Below, in pieces: positions 1 through 8,121 of a stretch of DNA of 17,318 bases. Made by a program: the position numbers and the translations under genes. Source of the stretch: a virus. Within the stretch, counting starts at the first letter, position 1. Every line of letters begins with the position of its first letter. Location of the stretch: the UHGV virus genome UHGV-0074612; one strand, given 5' to 3'. Below the pieces are notes generated by a model that was not told the origin of the DNA, did not search any database, and saw only the letters and a list, made by a program, of their open reading frames with translations.

Positions 1-49
1 TTATCAATTTGTTGCAACGAACAGGTCACTATCAGTCAAAATAAAATCA
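1..49. other. attL arm: lambda-type attP P' arm with IHF H' site and Int arm-type sites; the core overlap lies just upstream of the window
   Basis: Exact IHF consensus ATCAAnnnnTTG at 3-14; arm-type Int site motifs AGGTCACTAT (23-32) and CAGTCAAAAT (33-42) directly 3' of the int stop; matches my memory of the lambda P' arm. Confidence 0.6.
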
Positions 50-1120
50 TTATTTGATTTCAATTTTGTCCCACTCCCTGCCTCTGTCATCACGATACTG
101 TGATGCCATGGTGTCCGACTTATGCCCGAGAAGATGTTGAGCAAACTTATCGCTTATCTGCTTCTCATAGAGTCTTGCAGACAAACTGCGCAACTCGTGA
201 AAGGTAGGCGGATCCCCTTCGAAGGAAAGACCTGATGCTTTTCGTGCGCGCATAAAATACCTTGATACTGTGCCGGATGAAAGCGGTTCGCGACGAGTAG
301 ATGCAATTATGGTTTCTCCGCCAAGAATCTCTTTGCATTTATCAAGTGTTTCCTTCATTGATATTCCGAGAGCATCAACATGCAATGCTGTTGGGATGGC
401 AATTTTTACGCCTGTTTTGCTTTGCTCGACATAAAGATATCCATCTACGATATCAGACCACTTCATTTCGCATAAATCACCAACTCGTTGCCCGGTAACA
501 ACAGCCAGTTCCATTGCAAGTCTGAGCCAACATGGTGATGATTCTGCTGCTTGATAAATTTTCAGGTATTCGTCAGCCGTAAGTCTTGATCTCCTTACCT
601 CTGATTTTGCTGCGCGAGTGGCAGCGACAGGGTTTGTTGTTATATGGCCTTCAGCTATTGCCTCTCGGAATGCATCGCTCAGTGTTGATCTGATTAACTT
701 GGCTGACGCCGCCTTGCCCTCGTCTATGTATCCATTGAGCATTGCCGCAATTTCTTTTGTGGTGATGTCTTCAAGTGGAGCATCAGGCAGACCCCTCCTT
801 ATTGCTTTAATTTTGCTCATGTAATTTATGAGTGTCTTCTGCTTGATTCCTCTGCTGGCCAGGATTTTTTCGTAGCGATCAAGCCATGAATGTAACGTAA
901 CGGAATTATCACTGTTGATTCTCGCTGTCAGAGGCTTGTGTTTGTGTCCTGAAAATAACTCAATGTTGGCCTGTATAGCTTCAGTGATTGCGATTCGCCT
1001 GTCTCGGCCTAATCCAAACTCTTTACCCGTCCTTGGGTCCCTGTAGCAGTAATATCCATTGTTTCTTATATAAAGGTTAGGGGGTAAATCCCGGCGCTCA
1101 TGACTTCGCCTTCTTCCCAT
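50..1120 (-). CDS. int: Tyrosine integrase, phage lambda Int type
   Basis: 356-aa ORF; N-terminus MGRRRSHERRDLPPNLYIRNNGYYCYRDPRTGKEFGLG and C-terminus match lambda Int as I recall it; adjacent to P' arm; overlaps xis as in lambda. Confidence 0.97.
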   Translation of the reverse strand: MGRRRSHERRDLPPNLYIRNNGYYCYRDPRTGKEFGLGRDRRIAITEAIQANIELFSGHKHKPLTARINSDNSVTLHSWLDRYEKILASRGIKQKTLINYMSKIKAIRRGLPDAPLEDITTKEIAAMLNGYIDEGKAASAKLIRSTLSDAFREAIAEGHITTNPVAATRAAKSEVRRSRLTADEYLKIYQAAESSPCWLRLAMELAVVTGQRVGDLCEMKWSDIVDGYLYVEQSKTGVKIAIPTALHVDALGISMKETLDKCKEILGGETIIASTRREPLSSGTVSRYFMRARKASGLSFEGDPPTFHELRSLSARLYEKQISDKFAQHLLGHKSDTMASQYRDDRGREWDKIEIK

Positions 1121-1316
1121 TTCTGATCCTCTTCAAAAGGCTACCTGTTACTGGTCGATTTAAGTCAACCTTTACCGCTGATTCGTGGAACAGATACTTT
1201 CTTCCATCCTTAACCGGAGGAGGGAATATCCTGCACTCGCGTACCCATCGACGAACTGTTTCAAGGCTTCTTGGGCGTCGCTGGCGTGCGTTCCACTCCT
1301 GAAGTGTCAAGTACAT
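1098..1316 (-). CDS. xis: Excisionase Xis
   Basis: 72-aa ORF MYLTLQEWNARQRRPRSLETVRRWVRECRIFPPP, lambda Xis-like; its 3' end overlaps the int start by 23 nt. Confidence 0.93.
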   Translation of the reverse strand: MYLTLQEWNARQRRPRSLETVRRWVRECRIFPPPVKDGRKYLFHESAVKVDLNRPVTGSLLKRIRNGKKAKS

Positions 1317-1343
1317 CGCAAAGTCTCCGCAATTACACGCAAG

Positions 1344-1363
1344 AAAAAACCGCCATCAGGCGG
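1344..1363 (-). terminator. Possible intrinsic terminator on the minus strand upstream of xis
   Basis: 5-bp GC stem CCGCC/GGCGG (1350-1354/1359-1363) with ATCA loop, followed on the minus strand by T6 (plus-strand A-run 1344-1349). The stem is short. Confidence 0.3.
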
Positions 1364-1429
1364 CTTGGTGTTCTTTCAGTTCTTCAATTCGAATATTGGT
1401 TACATTGTTTTCATATATGAATAAATAAA

Positions 1430-1609
1430 TTAGCTTTTTTCGTTGCCTTCGCGTTCTTTATTAATTTTGACAAACTTGTTTTTACCACGCTCTCCAAATG
1501 CGTCTTTAGAGTCGTTGTATCCGCAATCGCAGCACACATAATCATCAGACCATCCACGCATTGTTTTTTCTTTTGCAATATTTCCAGAACCGCATTTTGG
1601 ACAAGACAT
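1430..1609 (-). CDS. Small C4 zinc-ribbon protein (59 aa; early-left accessory gene)
   Basis: Track ORF 1430..1642 begins at TTG; an internal ATG at 1609 is preceded by GGAGG with a 7-nt spacer. Product MSCPKCGSGN...CCDCGYND carries CxxC...CxxC. Confidence 0.6.
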   Translation of the reverse strand: MSCPKCGSGNIAKEKTMRGWSDDYVCCDCGYNDSKDAFGERGKNKFVKINKEREGNEKS

Positions 1610-1908
1610 ATCACTACCTCCAAAGCATGAGAGAGATGACAACGTAACATTGATTGGAGATTAACAATAGATTGCTGATGTAAAAGATATGTATAAGCTT
1701 AGCTATCAAAGAGGAGGTTCTGGTAGTTGCATCCAGTCGGTTACATTGCGACTCTGTGTTTCGAAAAATTCATCACCATTGCGGACAATATCGAAAAACT
1801 CTCCGTCTCGATATTGCACATAAAGAACGAATGCGCCATCACATAAAATAATTACGTGCTGACCATCATCTGGCATTAGCTCACTACAGCTTATCCAACC
1901 ATCCGGAG

Positions 1909-2352
1909 TTACGGAGAGTTGCCGGGTTCTTTAATGTGCAAACGAGGCTCACCATCTTTTGGTTCAGGCCACTGGCGCTCCATGTTGATCTTCAATTTAT
2001 TTTCCATAGCAGCGGTAATTTCAGCATCACTGATACCAGCACGGCGCTGTGCATCCCACAACAGGAACTGCATATCAGCCCACTCGCTGAGATCGTCAGG
2101 TTCGGCTGCGGCTTCCAGAGCCTCTTTTGAGAGGTGTTTCAGTGGACCAATGGGGCCAACGCAGCCAAATGTGGAGTCAGACCATTTGGCATGCTCGTGG
2201 CGAACCCGCTCGCGTTCCAGTGAGGCGAGAGCGATTTTAAATGCTGTAAGCATGTGTGCTTGATCGTTGTCGAGTCCGAATGGCATTTCATCTCGTGCTG
2301 ACTCAATACTGGTAATCGTATTTTGTAGCCATTCCATGGTAAAAGTGCTCAT
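1909..2352 (-). CDS. Hypothetical early-left protein (147 aa)
   Basis: ATG overlaps the stop of the upstream gene (ATGA at 2349-2352), indicating translational coupling in the leftward operon. No confident family assignment. Confidence 0.6.
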   Translation of the reverse strand: MSTFTMEWLQNTITSIESARDEMPFGLDNDQAHMLTAFKIALASLERERVRHEHAKWSDSTFGCVGPIGPLKHLSKEALEAAAEPDDLSEWADMQFLLWDAQRRAGISDAEITAAMENKLKINMERQWPEPKDGEPRLHIKEPGNSP

Positions 2353-2720
2353 CGTAAAATATCCTCTATACTGGTAAGCCCTTCATTATTTAGCCAGATC
2401 ATTGCGTCATCCGGCAACTTGCTGTCTGGTTTTGCGTTTTTGAGAGAGGAACTCAGTCGCTTAATCCACATTGTCAGCTCAGTAATGCGCCTGTGTTTGC
2501 CTTCCAGCTCAACGCGCAGCCTCCCTACCGTTAGTGCAATATCCTCGTTCTCCTTGTCGCGGCGTTTGACGTATTGCTGGTTTCTTTCCCGTTCATCCAG
2601 CAGTGCCAGCACAATCGATGGTGTTACCAGCTCATGGAAAAGGTCCGCGTCAAATCCCCAGTTGTCATGCATTGCCTGCTCTGCCGCTTCACGCAGTGCC
2701 TGAGAGTTAATTTCGCTCAC
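2349..2720 (-). CDS. Ead/Ea22-like protein (123 aa)
   Basis: N-terminus MSEINSQALREAAEQAMHDNWGFDADLFHELVTPSIV resembles the Ead/Ea22 family N-terminus from memory; start overlaps the stop of the upstream gene. Confidence 0.7.
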   Translation of the reverse strand: MSEINSQALREAAEQAMHDNWGFDADLFHELVTPSIVLALLDERERNQQYVKRRDKENEDIALTVGRLRVELEGKHRRITELTMWIKRLSSSLKNAKPDSKLPDDAMIWLNNEGLTSIEDILR

Positions 2721-2938
2721 TTCGAACCTCTCTGTTTACTGATAAGCTCCAGATCTTCCTGGCAACTTGCACAAGTCCGACAACCCTGAACGGCCAGGCG
2801 TCTTCGCTCATCTATGGGATCGCCACACTCACAACAATGAGTGGCAGATATAGCCTGGTGGTTCAGGCGGCGCATTTTTATTGCTGTGTTGCGCTGTAAT
2901 TCTTCAATTTCTGATGCTGAATCAATGATGTCTGCCAT
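2717..2938 (-). CDS. TraR/DksA-family C4 zinc-finger protein (73 aa)
   Basis: C-terminal CxxC(x17)CxxC: CCECGDPIDERRRLAVQGCRTCASC, typical of TraR/DksA-like zinc fingers. Confidence 0.75.
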   Translation of the reverse strand: MADIIDSASEIEELQRNTAIKMRRLNHQAISATHCCECGDPIDERRRLAVQGCRTCASCQEDLELISKQRGSK

Positions 2939-3036
2939 CTTCCATTAATCCCTGAATTGTTGGTTAATACGCTTGAGGGTGAATGCGAATAATAAAAAAG
3001 GAGCCTGTAGCTCCCTGATGATTTTGCTTTTCATAT

Positions 3037-3318
3037 TCACCGTTCCTTAAAGACGCCGTTTAACATGCCGATCGCCAGGCTTAAATGAGTCGGTGTGAAT
3101 CCCATCAGCGTTACCGTTTCGCGGTGCTTCTTCAGTACGCTACGGCAAATGTCATCGACGTTTTTATCCGGAAACTGCTGTCTGGCTTTTTTGATTTCAG
3201 AATTAGCCTGACGGGCAATACTGCGAAGGGCGTTTTCTTGCTGAGGTGTCACTGAACAAGTCCCATGTCGGCAAGCATAAGCACACAGAATATGAAGCCC
3301 GCTGCCAGAAAAATGCAT
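3037..3318 (-). CDS. Hypothetical ORF (93 aa); doubtful
   Basis: Open frame only; no recognisable Shine-Dalgarno ahead of the ATG at 3318; overlaps the coupled small ORF 3249..3332 in another frame. Confidence 0.35.
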   Translation of the reverse strand: MHFSGSGLHILCAYACRHGTCSVTPQQENALRSIARQANSEIKKARQQFPDKNVDDICRSVLKKHRETVTLMGFTPTHLSLAIGMLNGVFKER

Positions 3319-3332
3319 TCAGTGGTTGTCAT
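3249..3332 (-). CDS. Candidate 27-aa hydrophobic peptide MTTTECIFLAAGFIFCVLMLADMGLVQ
   Basis: Its ATG overlaps the TGA of the orf63-like gene (ATGA at 3329-3332); uninterrupted hydrophobic core. Not in the ORF track because it is under 60 aa. Confidence 0.3.
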   Translation of the reverse strand: MTTTECIFLAAGFIFCVLMLADMGLVQ

Positions 3333-3520
3333 ACCTGGTCTCTCTCATCTGCTTCTGCTTTCGCCACCATCATTTCCAGCTTTTGTGAAAGGGATGCGGC
3401 TAACGTATGAAATTCTTCGTCTGTTTCTACTGGTATTGGCACAAACCTGATTCCAATTTGAGCAAGGCTATGTGCCATCTCGATACTCGTTCTTAACTCA
3501 ACAGGAGATGCTTTGTGCAT
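3329..3520 (-). CDS. Lambda orf63-like small protein (63 aa)
   Basis: Size and position immediately downstream of the orf60a-like gene and exo; sequence feels lambda-like from memory. Confidence 0.7.
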   Translation of the reverse strand: MHKASPVELRTSIEMAHSLAQIGIRFVPIPVETDEEFHTLAASLSQKLEMMVAKAEADERDQV

Positions 3521-3681
3521 ATAGCCCCTCGTTTATTATTTATCTCCTCAGCCAGCCGCTGTGCTTTCAGTGGATTTCGGATAACAGAAAGGCCGGGAAA
3601 TACCCAGCCTCGCTTTGTAACGGAGTAGACGAAAGTGATTGCGCCTACCCGGATATTATCGTGAGGATGCTTCATCGCCAT
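3493..3681 (-). CDS. Lambda orf60a-like small protein (60-62 aa)
   Basis: Directly downstream of exo in the leftward operon; alternative start at Met3 (3675) would give 60 aa. Confidence 0.7.
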   Translation of the reverse strand: MAMKHPHDNIRVGAITFVYSVTKRGWVFPGLSVIRNPLKAQRLAEEINNKRGAICTKHLLLS

Positions 3682-4352
3682 TGCTCCCCAAATACAAAAC
3701 CAATTTCAGCCAGTGCCTCGTCCATTTTTTCGATGAACTCTGGCACCATTTCGTCAAAACCAGCCATGTATTTTTCATCCCGCTCGACCACGACATAATG
3801 CAGGCCTTCACGCTTCATACGTGGGTCATAGTTGGCAAAGTACCAGGCATCTTTTCGCGTCGCCCACATGCTGAATTGCACCTGGGCCATGTAAGCTGAT
3901 TTTATTGCCTCGAAACCACCGAGCCGGAATTTCATGAAATCCCGGGAGGTAAACGGGCATTTCAGTTCAAGGCCGTTGCCGTCACTGCATAAACCATCGG
4001 GAGAGCAGGCGGTGCGCATACTTTCGTCGCGATAGATGATCGGGGATTCAATAACATTTACGCCGGAAGTGAACTCAAACAGGGTTCTGGCGTCGTTCTC
4101 GTACTGTTTTCCCCAGGCCAGCGCTTTAGCGTTAACTTCCGGAGCCACACCGGTGCAAACCTCAGCCAGCAGGGTGTGGAAGTAGGACATTTTCATGTCA
4201 GGCCACTTCTTTCCTGATCGGGGCTTTGCTATCACGTTGTGAACTTCTGAAGCGGTGATGACGCCGAGCCGTAATTTGTGCCATGCATCATCCCCCTGTT
4301 CGACAGCTCTCACGTCGATCCCGGTACGCTGCAGGATAATGTCCGGTGTCAT
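3672..4352 (-). CDS. exo: Lambda exonuclease (Red alpha)
   Basis: 226-aa [43 protein letters not shown]..., lambda Exo length and sequence as I recall; start overlaps the bet stop. Confidence 0.97.
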   Translation of the reverse strand: MTPDIILQRTGIDVRAVEQGDDAWHKLRLGVITASEVHNVIAKPRSGKKWPDMKMSYFHTLLAEVCTGVAPEVNAKALAWGKQYENDARTLFEFTSGVNVIESPIIYRDESMRTACSPDGLCSDGNGLELKCPFTSRDFMKFRLGGFEAIKSAYMAQVQFSMWATRKDAWYFANYDPRMKREGLHYVVVERDEKYMAGFDEMVPEFIEKMDEALAEIGFVFGEQWR

Positions 4353-5134
4353 GCTGCCACCTTCTGCTCAGTGGCTTTCTGTTTCAGGAATCCGAGAGCT
4401 TTCACTGCTTCGACCTGTGTCAGTTCTGACGATGCGCGAATGTCGCGGCGAAATATCTGGGAACAGAGCGGCAATAAGTCGTCATCCCATGTTTTATCCA
4501 GGGCAATCAGCAGAGTGTTAATCTCCTGCATGGTTTCATCGTTAACCGGAGTGATGTCGCGTTCCGGCTGACGTTCTGCAGTGTATGCGGTATTTTCGAC
4601 AATGCGCTCGGCTTCATCCTTGTCATAGATACCAGCAAATCCGAAGGCCAGACGGGCACACTGAATCATGGCTTTATGACGTAACATCCGTTTGGGATGC
4701 GACTGCCACGGCCCCGTGATTTCTCTGCCTTCGCGGGTTTTGAATGGTTCGCGGCGGCATTCATCCATCCACTCGGTAACGCAGATCGGATGATTACGGT
4801 CCTTGCGGTAAATCCGGCATGTGCAGGATTCATTGTCCTGCTCAAAGTCCATGCCATCAAACTGCTGGTTTTCATTGATGATACGGGACCAGCCATCAAC
4901 GCCCACCACCGGAACGATGCCGTTCTGCTTGTCAGGGAAGGCGTAAATTTCTTTCGTCCACGGATTAAGGCCGTACTGGTTGGCGACGATCAACAATGCG
5001 ATGAACTGCGCATCGCTGGCATCGCCTTTAAATGCCGTCTGGCGAAGAGTGGTGATCAGTTCCTGTGGGTCGACAGAATCCATGCCGACACGTTCAGCCA
5101 GCTTCCCAGCCAGCGTTGCGAGTGCTGTACTCAT
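4349..5134 (-). CDS. bet: Single-strand annealing protein Bet (Red beta)
   Basis: 261-aa [53 protein letters not shown]..., lambda Bet length and sequence as I recall. Confidence 0.97.
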   Translation of the reverse strand: MSTALATLAGKLAERVGMDSVDPQELITTLRQTAFKGDASDAQFIALLIVANQYGLNPWTKEIYAFPDKQNGIVPVVGVDGWSRIINENQQFDGMDFEQDNESCTCRIYRKDRNHPICVTEWMDECRREPFKTREGREITGPWQSHPKRMLRHKAMIQCARLAFGFAGIYDKDEAERIVENTAYTAERQPERDITPVNDETMQEINTLLIALDKTWDDDLLPLCSQIFRRDIRASSELTQVEAVKALGFLKQKATEQKVAA

Positions 5135-5139
5135 CCGTT

Positions 5140-5208
5140 TTATACCTCTGAATCAATATCAACCTGGTGGTGAGCAATGGTTTCAACCATGTACCGGATG
5201 TGTTCTGC
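5140..5208 (-). pseudogene. gam: 3'-terminal remnant of gam (last 22 codons plus stop)
   Basis: Minus strand encodes AEHIRYMVETIAHHQVDIDSEV then stop, 5 nt upstream of the bet ATG; matches the lambda Gam C-terminus from memory. Upstream codons (NVS...) diverge and a stop occurs at 5221-5223. Confidence 0.7.
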
Positions 5209-5228
5209 TACATTACTGAGCTAATAAC

Positions 5229-5260
5229 AGGCCTGCTGGTAATCGCAGGCCTTTTTATTT
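5229..5260 (+). terminator. Rho-independent terminator, lambda tR2-like
   Basis: 8-bp stem AGGCCTGC/GCAGGCCT (5229-5236/5245-5252), 8-nt loop, then TTTTTATTT; located just upstream of ninB as tR2 is in lambda. Confidence 0.75.
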
Positions 5261-5276
5261 GGGGGAGAGGGAAGTC

Positions 5277-5717
5277 ATGAAAAAACTAACCTTTGAAATT
5301 CGATCTCCAGCACATCAGCAAAACGCTATTCACGCAGTACAGCAAATCCTTCCAGACCCAACCAAACCAATCGTAGTAACCATTCAGGAACGCAACCGCA
5401 GCTTAGACCAAAACAGGAAGCTATGGGCCTGCTTAGGTGACGTCTCTCGTCAGGTTGAATGGCATGGTCGCTGGCTGGATGCAGAAAGCTGGAAGTGTGT
5501 GTTTACCGCAGCATTAAAGCAGCAGGATGTTGTTCCTAACCTTGCCGGGAATGGCTTTGTGGTAATAGGCCAGTCAACCAGCAGGATGCGTGTAGGCGAA
5601 TTTGCGGAGCTATTAGAGCTTATACAGGCATTCGGTACAGAGCGTGGCGTTAAGTGGTCAGACGAAGCGAGACTGGCTCTGGAGTGGAAAGCGAGATGGG
5701 GAGATCGGGCTGCATGA
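5277..5717 (+). CDS. ninB: NinB (Orf family recombination mediator)
   Basis: Track ORF 5259..5717; ATG at 5277 gives MKKLTFEIRSPAHQQNAIHAVQQILPDP..., lambda NinB-like, preceded by GGAGAGGG. Confidence 0.93.
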   Translation: MKKLTFEIRSPAHQQNAIHAVQQILPDPTKPIVVTIQERNRSLDQNRKLWACLGDVSRQVEWHGRWLDAESWKCVFTAALKQQDVVPNLAGNGFVVIGQSTSRMRVGEFAELLELIQAFGTERGVKWSDEARLALEWKARWGDRAA

Positions 5718-6241
5718 CTATCAAATCAAATACGCCAGCACACGACAAGGACTGCTGGCAAACGCCGCTTTGGCTTTTTGATGCACTGGATATTGAGTTT
5801 GGATTCTGGCTGGATTCGGCAGCGAGCGACAAAAATGCTCTGTGTGCTCACTGGCTAACTGAGGCCGACGACGCGCTCAATTCTGAGTGGGTAAGCCACG
5901 GTGCAATCTGGAATAACCCACCGTACAGCAATATCAGGCCGTGGGTGGAAAAAGCCGCTGAGCAGTGCATACAACAGCGACAGACGGTAGTTATGCTTGT
6001 GCCAGAGGATATGTCAGTCGGATGGTTCAGCAAGGCTCTGGAGAGTGTCGACGAAGTTCGCATTATCACTGATGGACGGATTAATTTTATCGAACCATCG
6101 ACAGGGCTGGAGAAGAAGGGAAACAGCAAAGGCTCCATGCTGCTGATTTGGCGACCGTTCATCAGTCCTCGACGGATGTTTACTACCGTATCCAAAGCGG
6201 CATTGATGGCGATCGGGCAGGGCGTCAGGAGGGCGGCATGA
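5714..6241 (+). CDS. Phage N6-adenine DNA methyltransferase (orphan, no cognate nuclease seen)
   Basis: Start ATGA overlaps the ninB stop; product [26 protein letters not shown]... with NPPY catalytic motif (WNNPPYS). No restriction endonuclease candidate nearby. Confidence 0.85.
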   Translation: MTIKSNTPAHDKDCWQTPLWLFDALDIEFGFWLDSAASDKNALCAHWLTEADDALNSEWVSHGAIWNNPPYSNIRPWVEKAAEQCIQQRQTVVMLVPEDMSVGWFSKALESVDEVRIITDGRINFIEPSTGLEKKGNSKGSMLLIWRPFISPRRMFTTVSKAALMAIGQGVRRAA

Positions 6242-6414
6242 GGCGACAGCGACGAAGTTTCACCGACATCATCTGCGAAAACTGCAAATACCTTCCAACG
6301 AAACGCTCCAGAAATAAACGCAAGCCAATCCCAAAAGAATCTGACGTAAAAACCTTCAATTACACAGCTCACCTGTGGGATATCCGGTGGCTAAGATATC
6401 GTGCGAGGAAATGA
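6238..6414 (+). CDS. ninE: NinE
   Basis: Internal ATG at 6238 of track ORF 6148..6414 gives [34 protein letters not shown]..., lambda NinE-like; ATGA overlap with the methyltransferase stop. Confidence 0.8.
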   Translation: MRRQRRSFTDIICENCKYLPTKRSRNKRKPIPKESDVKTFNYTAHLWDIRWLRYRARK

Positions 6415-6758
6415 CAATGGATTATTCACAGTTAAGTGATTTTGAAATTAACAGAATGGTAGGAGACATAATTTTTAAAGGCCTTTGGGCAAGTAAACCG
6501 GAAACATCAGGGAATAACACCAACAAATGGTATTACGGAAATGCTGATACAACTTTTGAGCCATTAAATCATTTGCCTGACTACTGCAATGATCCGAGCG
6601 CTTCATGGCCGATTATTGAGAAATACAGGATTTCTATCTTAGACCAGTTAACTGAATGGTGTGTGGATGCAAAAGGCGTAAGCCCAATATTTGATACCAG
6701 ACCTCTCCGCGCCGCCATGATTGTCTTTCTCCTGATGCAGGAGGCCAATAATGCTTAG
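6411..6758 (+). CDS. Hypothetical nin-region protein (about 114 aa)
   Basis: Track ORF 6375..6758; in-frame ATGs at 6411 (ATGA overlap with ninE stop) and 6417, with GAGGAA upstream. Confidence 0.65.
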   Translation: MTMDYSQLSDFEINRMVGDIIFKGLWASKPETSGNNTNKWYYGNADTTFEPLNHLPDYCNDPSASWPIIEKYRISILDQLTEWCVDAKGVSPIFDTRPLRAAMIVFLLMQEANNA

Positions 6759-6945
6759 CCCATCTCAATCCCTTCAATACCTGAAAGGAAGCATAGAGCG
6801 GGCTTCAATGTGCACAGAGTGGATTCTATCTAGGTTTAGCGCATACAGAAGATTGCCGGTAAAGGGCATGCCAAGCAAGTCGATGCTGCATATGCAAAAG
6901 AATGCGCGCTGGAAGGTATGGCGAGAACACAGGTTATCTGGCTGA
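6751..6945 (+). CDS. Hypothetical small nin-region protein (64 aa)
   Basis: ATG at 6751 preceded by GGAGG with about a 6-nt spacer; fills the gap before rusA. Confidence 0.45.
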   Translation: MLSPSQSLQYLKGSIERASMCTEWILSRFSAYRRLPVKGMPSKSMLHMQKNARWKVWREHRLSG

Positions 6946-6964
6946 AAGAGGGGGTTATTAAGGC

Positions 6965-7327
6965 GTGAATACCTACAGCATCACATTACCCTGGCCTCCG
7001 AGCAATAACCGCTACTACCGGCATAATCGCGGGCGCACGCACATCAGCGCAGAAGGGCAGGCATACCGTGATAACGTCGCCCGAATCATTAAAAACGCAA
7101 TGCTGGATATCGGCCTGGCTATGCCTGTGAAAATCCGCATTGAGTGCCACATGCCGGATCGCCGTCGCCGTGACCTGGATAATCTGCAAAAAGCCGCTTT
7201 TGACGCACTCACTAAAGCAGGTTTCTGGCTGGATGATGCTCAGGTCGTTGATTACCGCGTTGTGAAGATGCCTGTTACCAAAGGTGGGAGGCTGGAACTG
7301 ACCATCACCGAAATGGGGAATGAATGA
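6965..7327 (+). CDS. rusA: Holliday-junction resolvase RusA
   Basis: 120-aa [28 protein letters not shown]...; RusA sequence as I recall; GTG start with GAGGGGG upstream. Confidence 0.95.
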   Translation: MNTYSITLPWPPSNNRYYRHNRGRTHISAEGQAYRDNVARIIKNAMLDIGLAMPVKIRIECHMPDRRRRDLDNLQKAAFDALTKAGFWLDDAQVVDYRVVKMPVTKGGRLELTITEMGNE

Positions 7328-7464
7328 TGTTTGAGTTTAATATGGCAGAACTTCTTCGCCACCGCTGGGGGCGTCTGCGCTTATATCGTTTCCCCGGTTC
7401 TGTTTTGACCGATTACCGAATACTGAAGAATTACGCCAAAACCCTGACAGGAGCAGGAGTATGA
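7324..7464 (+). CDS. ylcG: Small protein, YlcG-like (46 aa)
   Basis: ATGA overlap with the rusA stop; translation [46 protein letters not shown] matches my recollection of DLP12 YlcG. Under the track size cutoff. Confidence 0.5.
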   Translation: MMFEFNMAELLRHRWGRLRLYRFPGSVLTDYRILKNYAKTLTGAGV

Positions 7465-7549
7465 AGTCAGAGATAACAATCAACTAATACTGTTTTGTTG
7501 ATTTTTGCTTGTAATTGGCGTTTTGGTCTGATTTTTGTGGAGTAAGTTG

Positions 7550-7933
7550 ATGCGTGATATTCAGATGGTTCTTGAGCGTTGGGGAGCGTGGGCGGCTAAT
7601 AATCATGAAGATGTGACCTGGTCGTCCATTGCCGCCGGTTTTAAGGGATTAATTCCTTCAAAAGTAAAATCTCGCCCGCAATGTTGTGACGATGACGCGA
7701 TGATCATTTGCGGGTGCATGGCCCGCCTGAAAAAGAACAACAGCGATTTGCACGATTTATTAGTAGATTATTATATAGTCGGTATGACATTCATGTCACT
7801 GGCAGGTAAGCATTGCTGCTCTGATGGTTATATCGGGAAAAGGTTACAAAAGGCTGAGGGCATAATTGAAGGGATGTTAATGGCATTAGATATCCGGTTA
7901 GAGATGGATATCGTTGTTAATAACTCTAATTAA
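7550..7933 (+). CDS. Late-gene antiterminator Q (QuuD-like)
   Basis: Track ORF 7535..7933; ATG at 7550 after GGAGTAAG gives [24 protein letters not shown]... with a Cys-rich zinc-binding region, resembling the DLP12 QuuD antiterminator. Confidence 0.88.
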   Translation: MRDIQMVLERWGAWAANNHEDVTWSSIAAGFKGLIPSKVKSRPQCCDDDAMIICGCMARLKKNNSDLHDLLVDYYIVGMTFMSLAGKHCCSDGYIGKRLQKAEGIIEGMLMALDIRLEMDIVVNNSN

Positions 7934-7955
7934 TACGCCAATTATTTACTAAAAG

Positions 7956-7984
7956 TTATTAAAAATGGGGCGTTGAAACGCCCC
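7956..7984 (-). terminator. Intrinsic terminator for the porin transcript (minus strand)
   Basis: GC-rich 7-bp stem GGGGCGT/ACGCCCC (7967-7973/7978-7984) with tetraloop, followed on the minus strand by ATTTTTAATAAC. Confidence 0.6.
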
Positions 7985-8121
7985 CAAAAATAAAGGGTAA
8001 TATATAACAGAAGGTTTATATAGTTAGAAGCAAGGTTGTGCTTCTAAAGGAAGTGGCTTGAGGGAGCCACTTATATGTTGGGGAGGCAAAGCCTCCCACA
8101 ACATATCTTTTAGTAATCAAA
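7956..8121 (-). ncRNA. Highly structured porin 3' region; candidate IpeX-like small RNA
   Basis: Four consecutive stem-loops between the porin stop (8122) and the terminator: 8077-8104, 8051-8072, 8024-8047, 7967-7984. I recall that the DLP12 sRNA IpeX maps just downstream of nmpC; exact boundaries not determinable here. Confidence 0.3.

Noticed and set aside
301-824. Plus-strand ORFs 301..498 and 618..824
   Set aside because: Antisense to int.
1411-1650. 79-aa minus-strand ORF, and the upstream TTG extension of the zinc-ribbon ORF to 1642
   Set aside because: The zinc-ribbon frame has a GGAGG Shine-Dalgarno 7 nt ahead of the ATG at 1609 and a CxxC...CxxC product; the alternative frame has neither.
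1707-1877. Possible 56-codon minus-strand ORF between the zinc-ribbon gene and the 147-aa gene
   Set aside because: Weak ribosome-binding site, and my manual coordinates in this stretch disagreed by one base with the supplied track, so I cannot verify the frame.
4666-5219. ORFs 4666..4899 (-), 4697..5173 (+) and 4980..5219 (+), plus the plus-strand ORFs at 4255..4571
   Set aside because: Overlap bet or exo in other frames or antisense; bet and exo are unambiguous.
5848-6372. 174-aa minus-strand ORF
   Set aside because: Antisense to the methyltransferase and ninE, which are coupled by ATGA overlaps and have recognisable products.
7934-8010. Candidate late promoter immediately downstream of Q (TTGAAA ... 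TAATAT)
   Set aside because: Spacing is about 19 bp and the -35 element lies inside the terminator hairpin; the downstream site at 9430-9500 with a tR'-like terminator is more convincing, so I did not call a promoter here.
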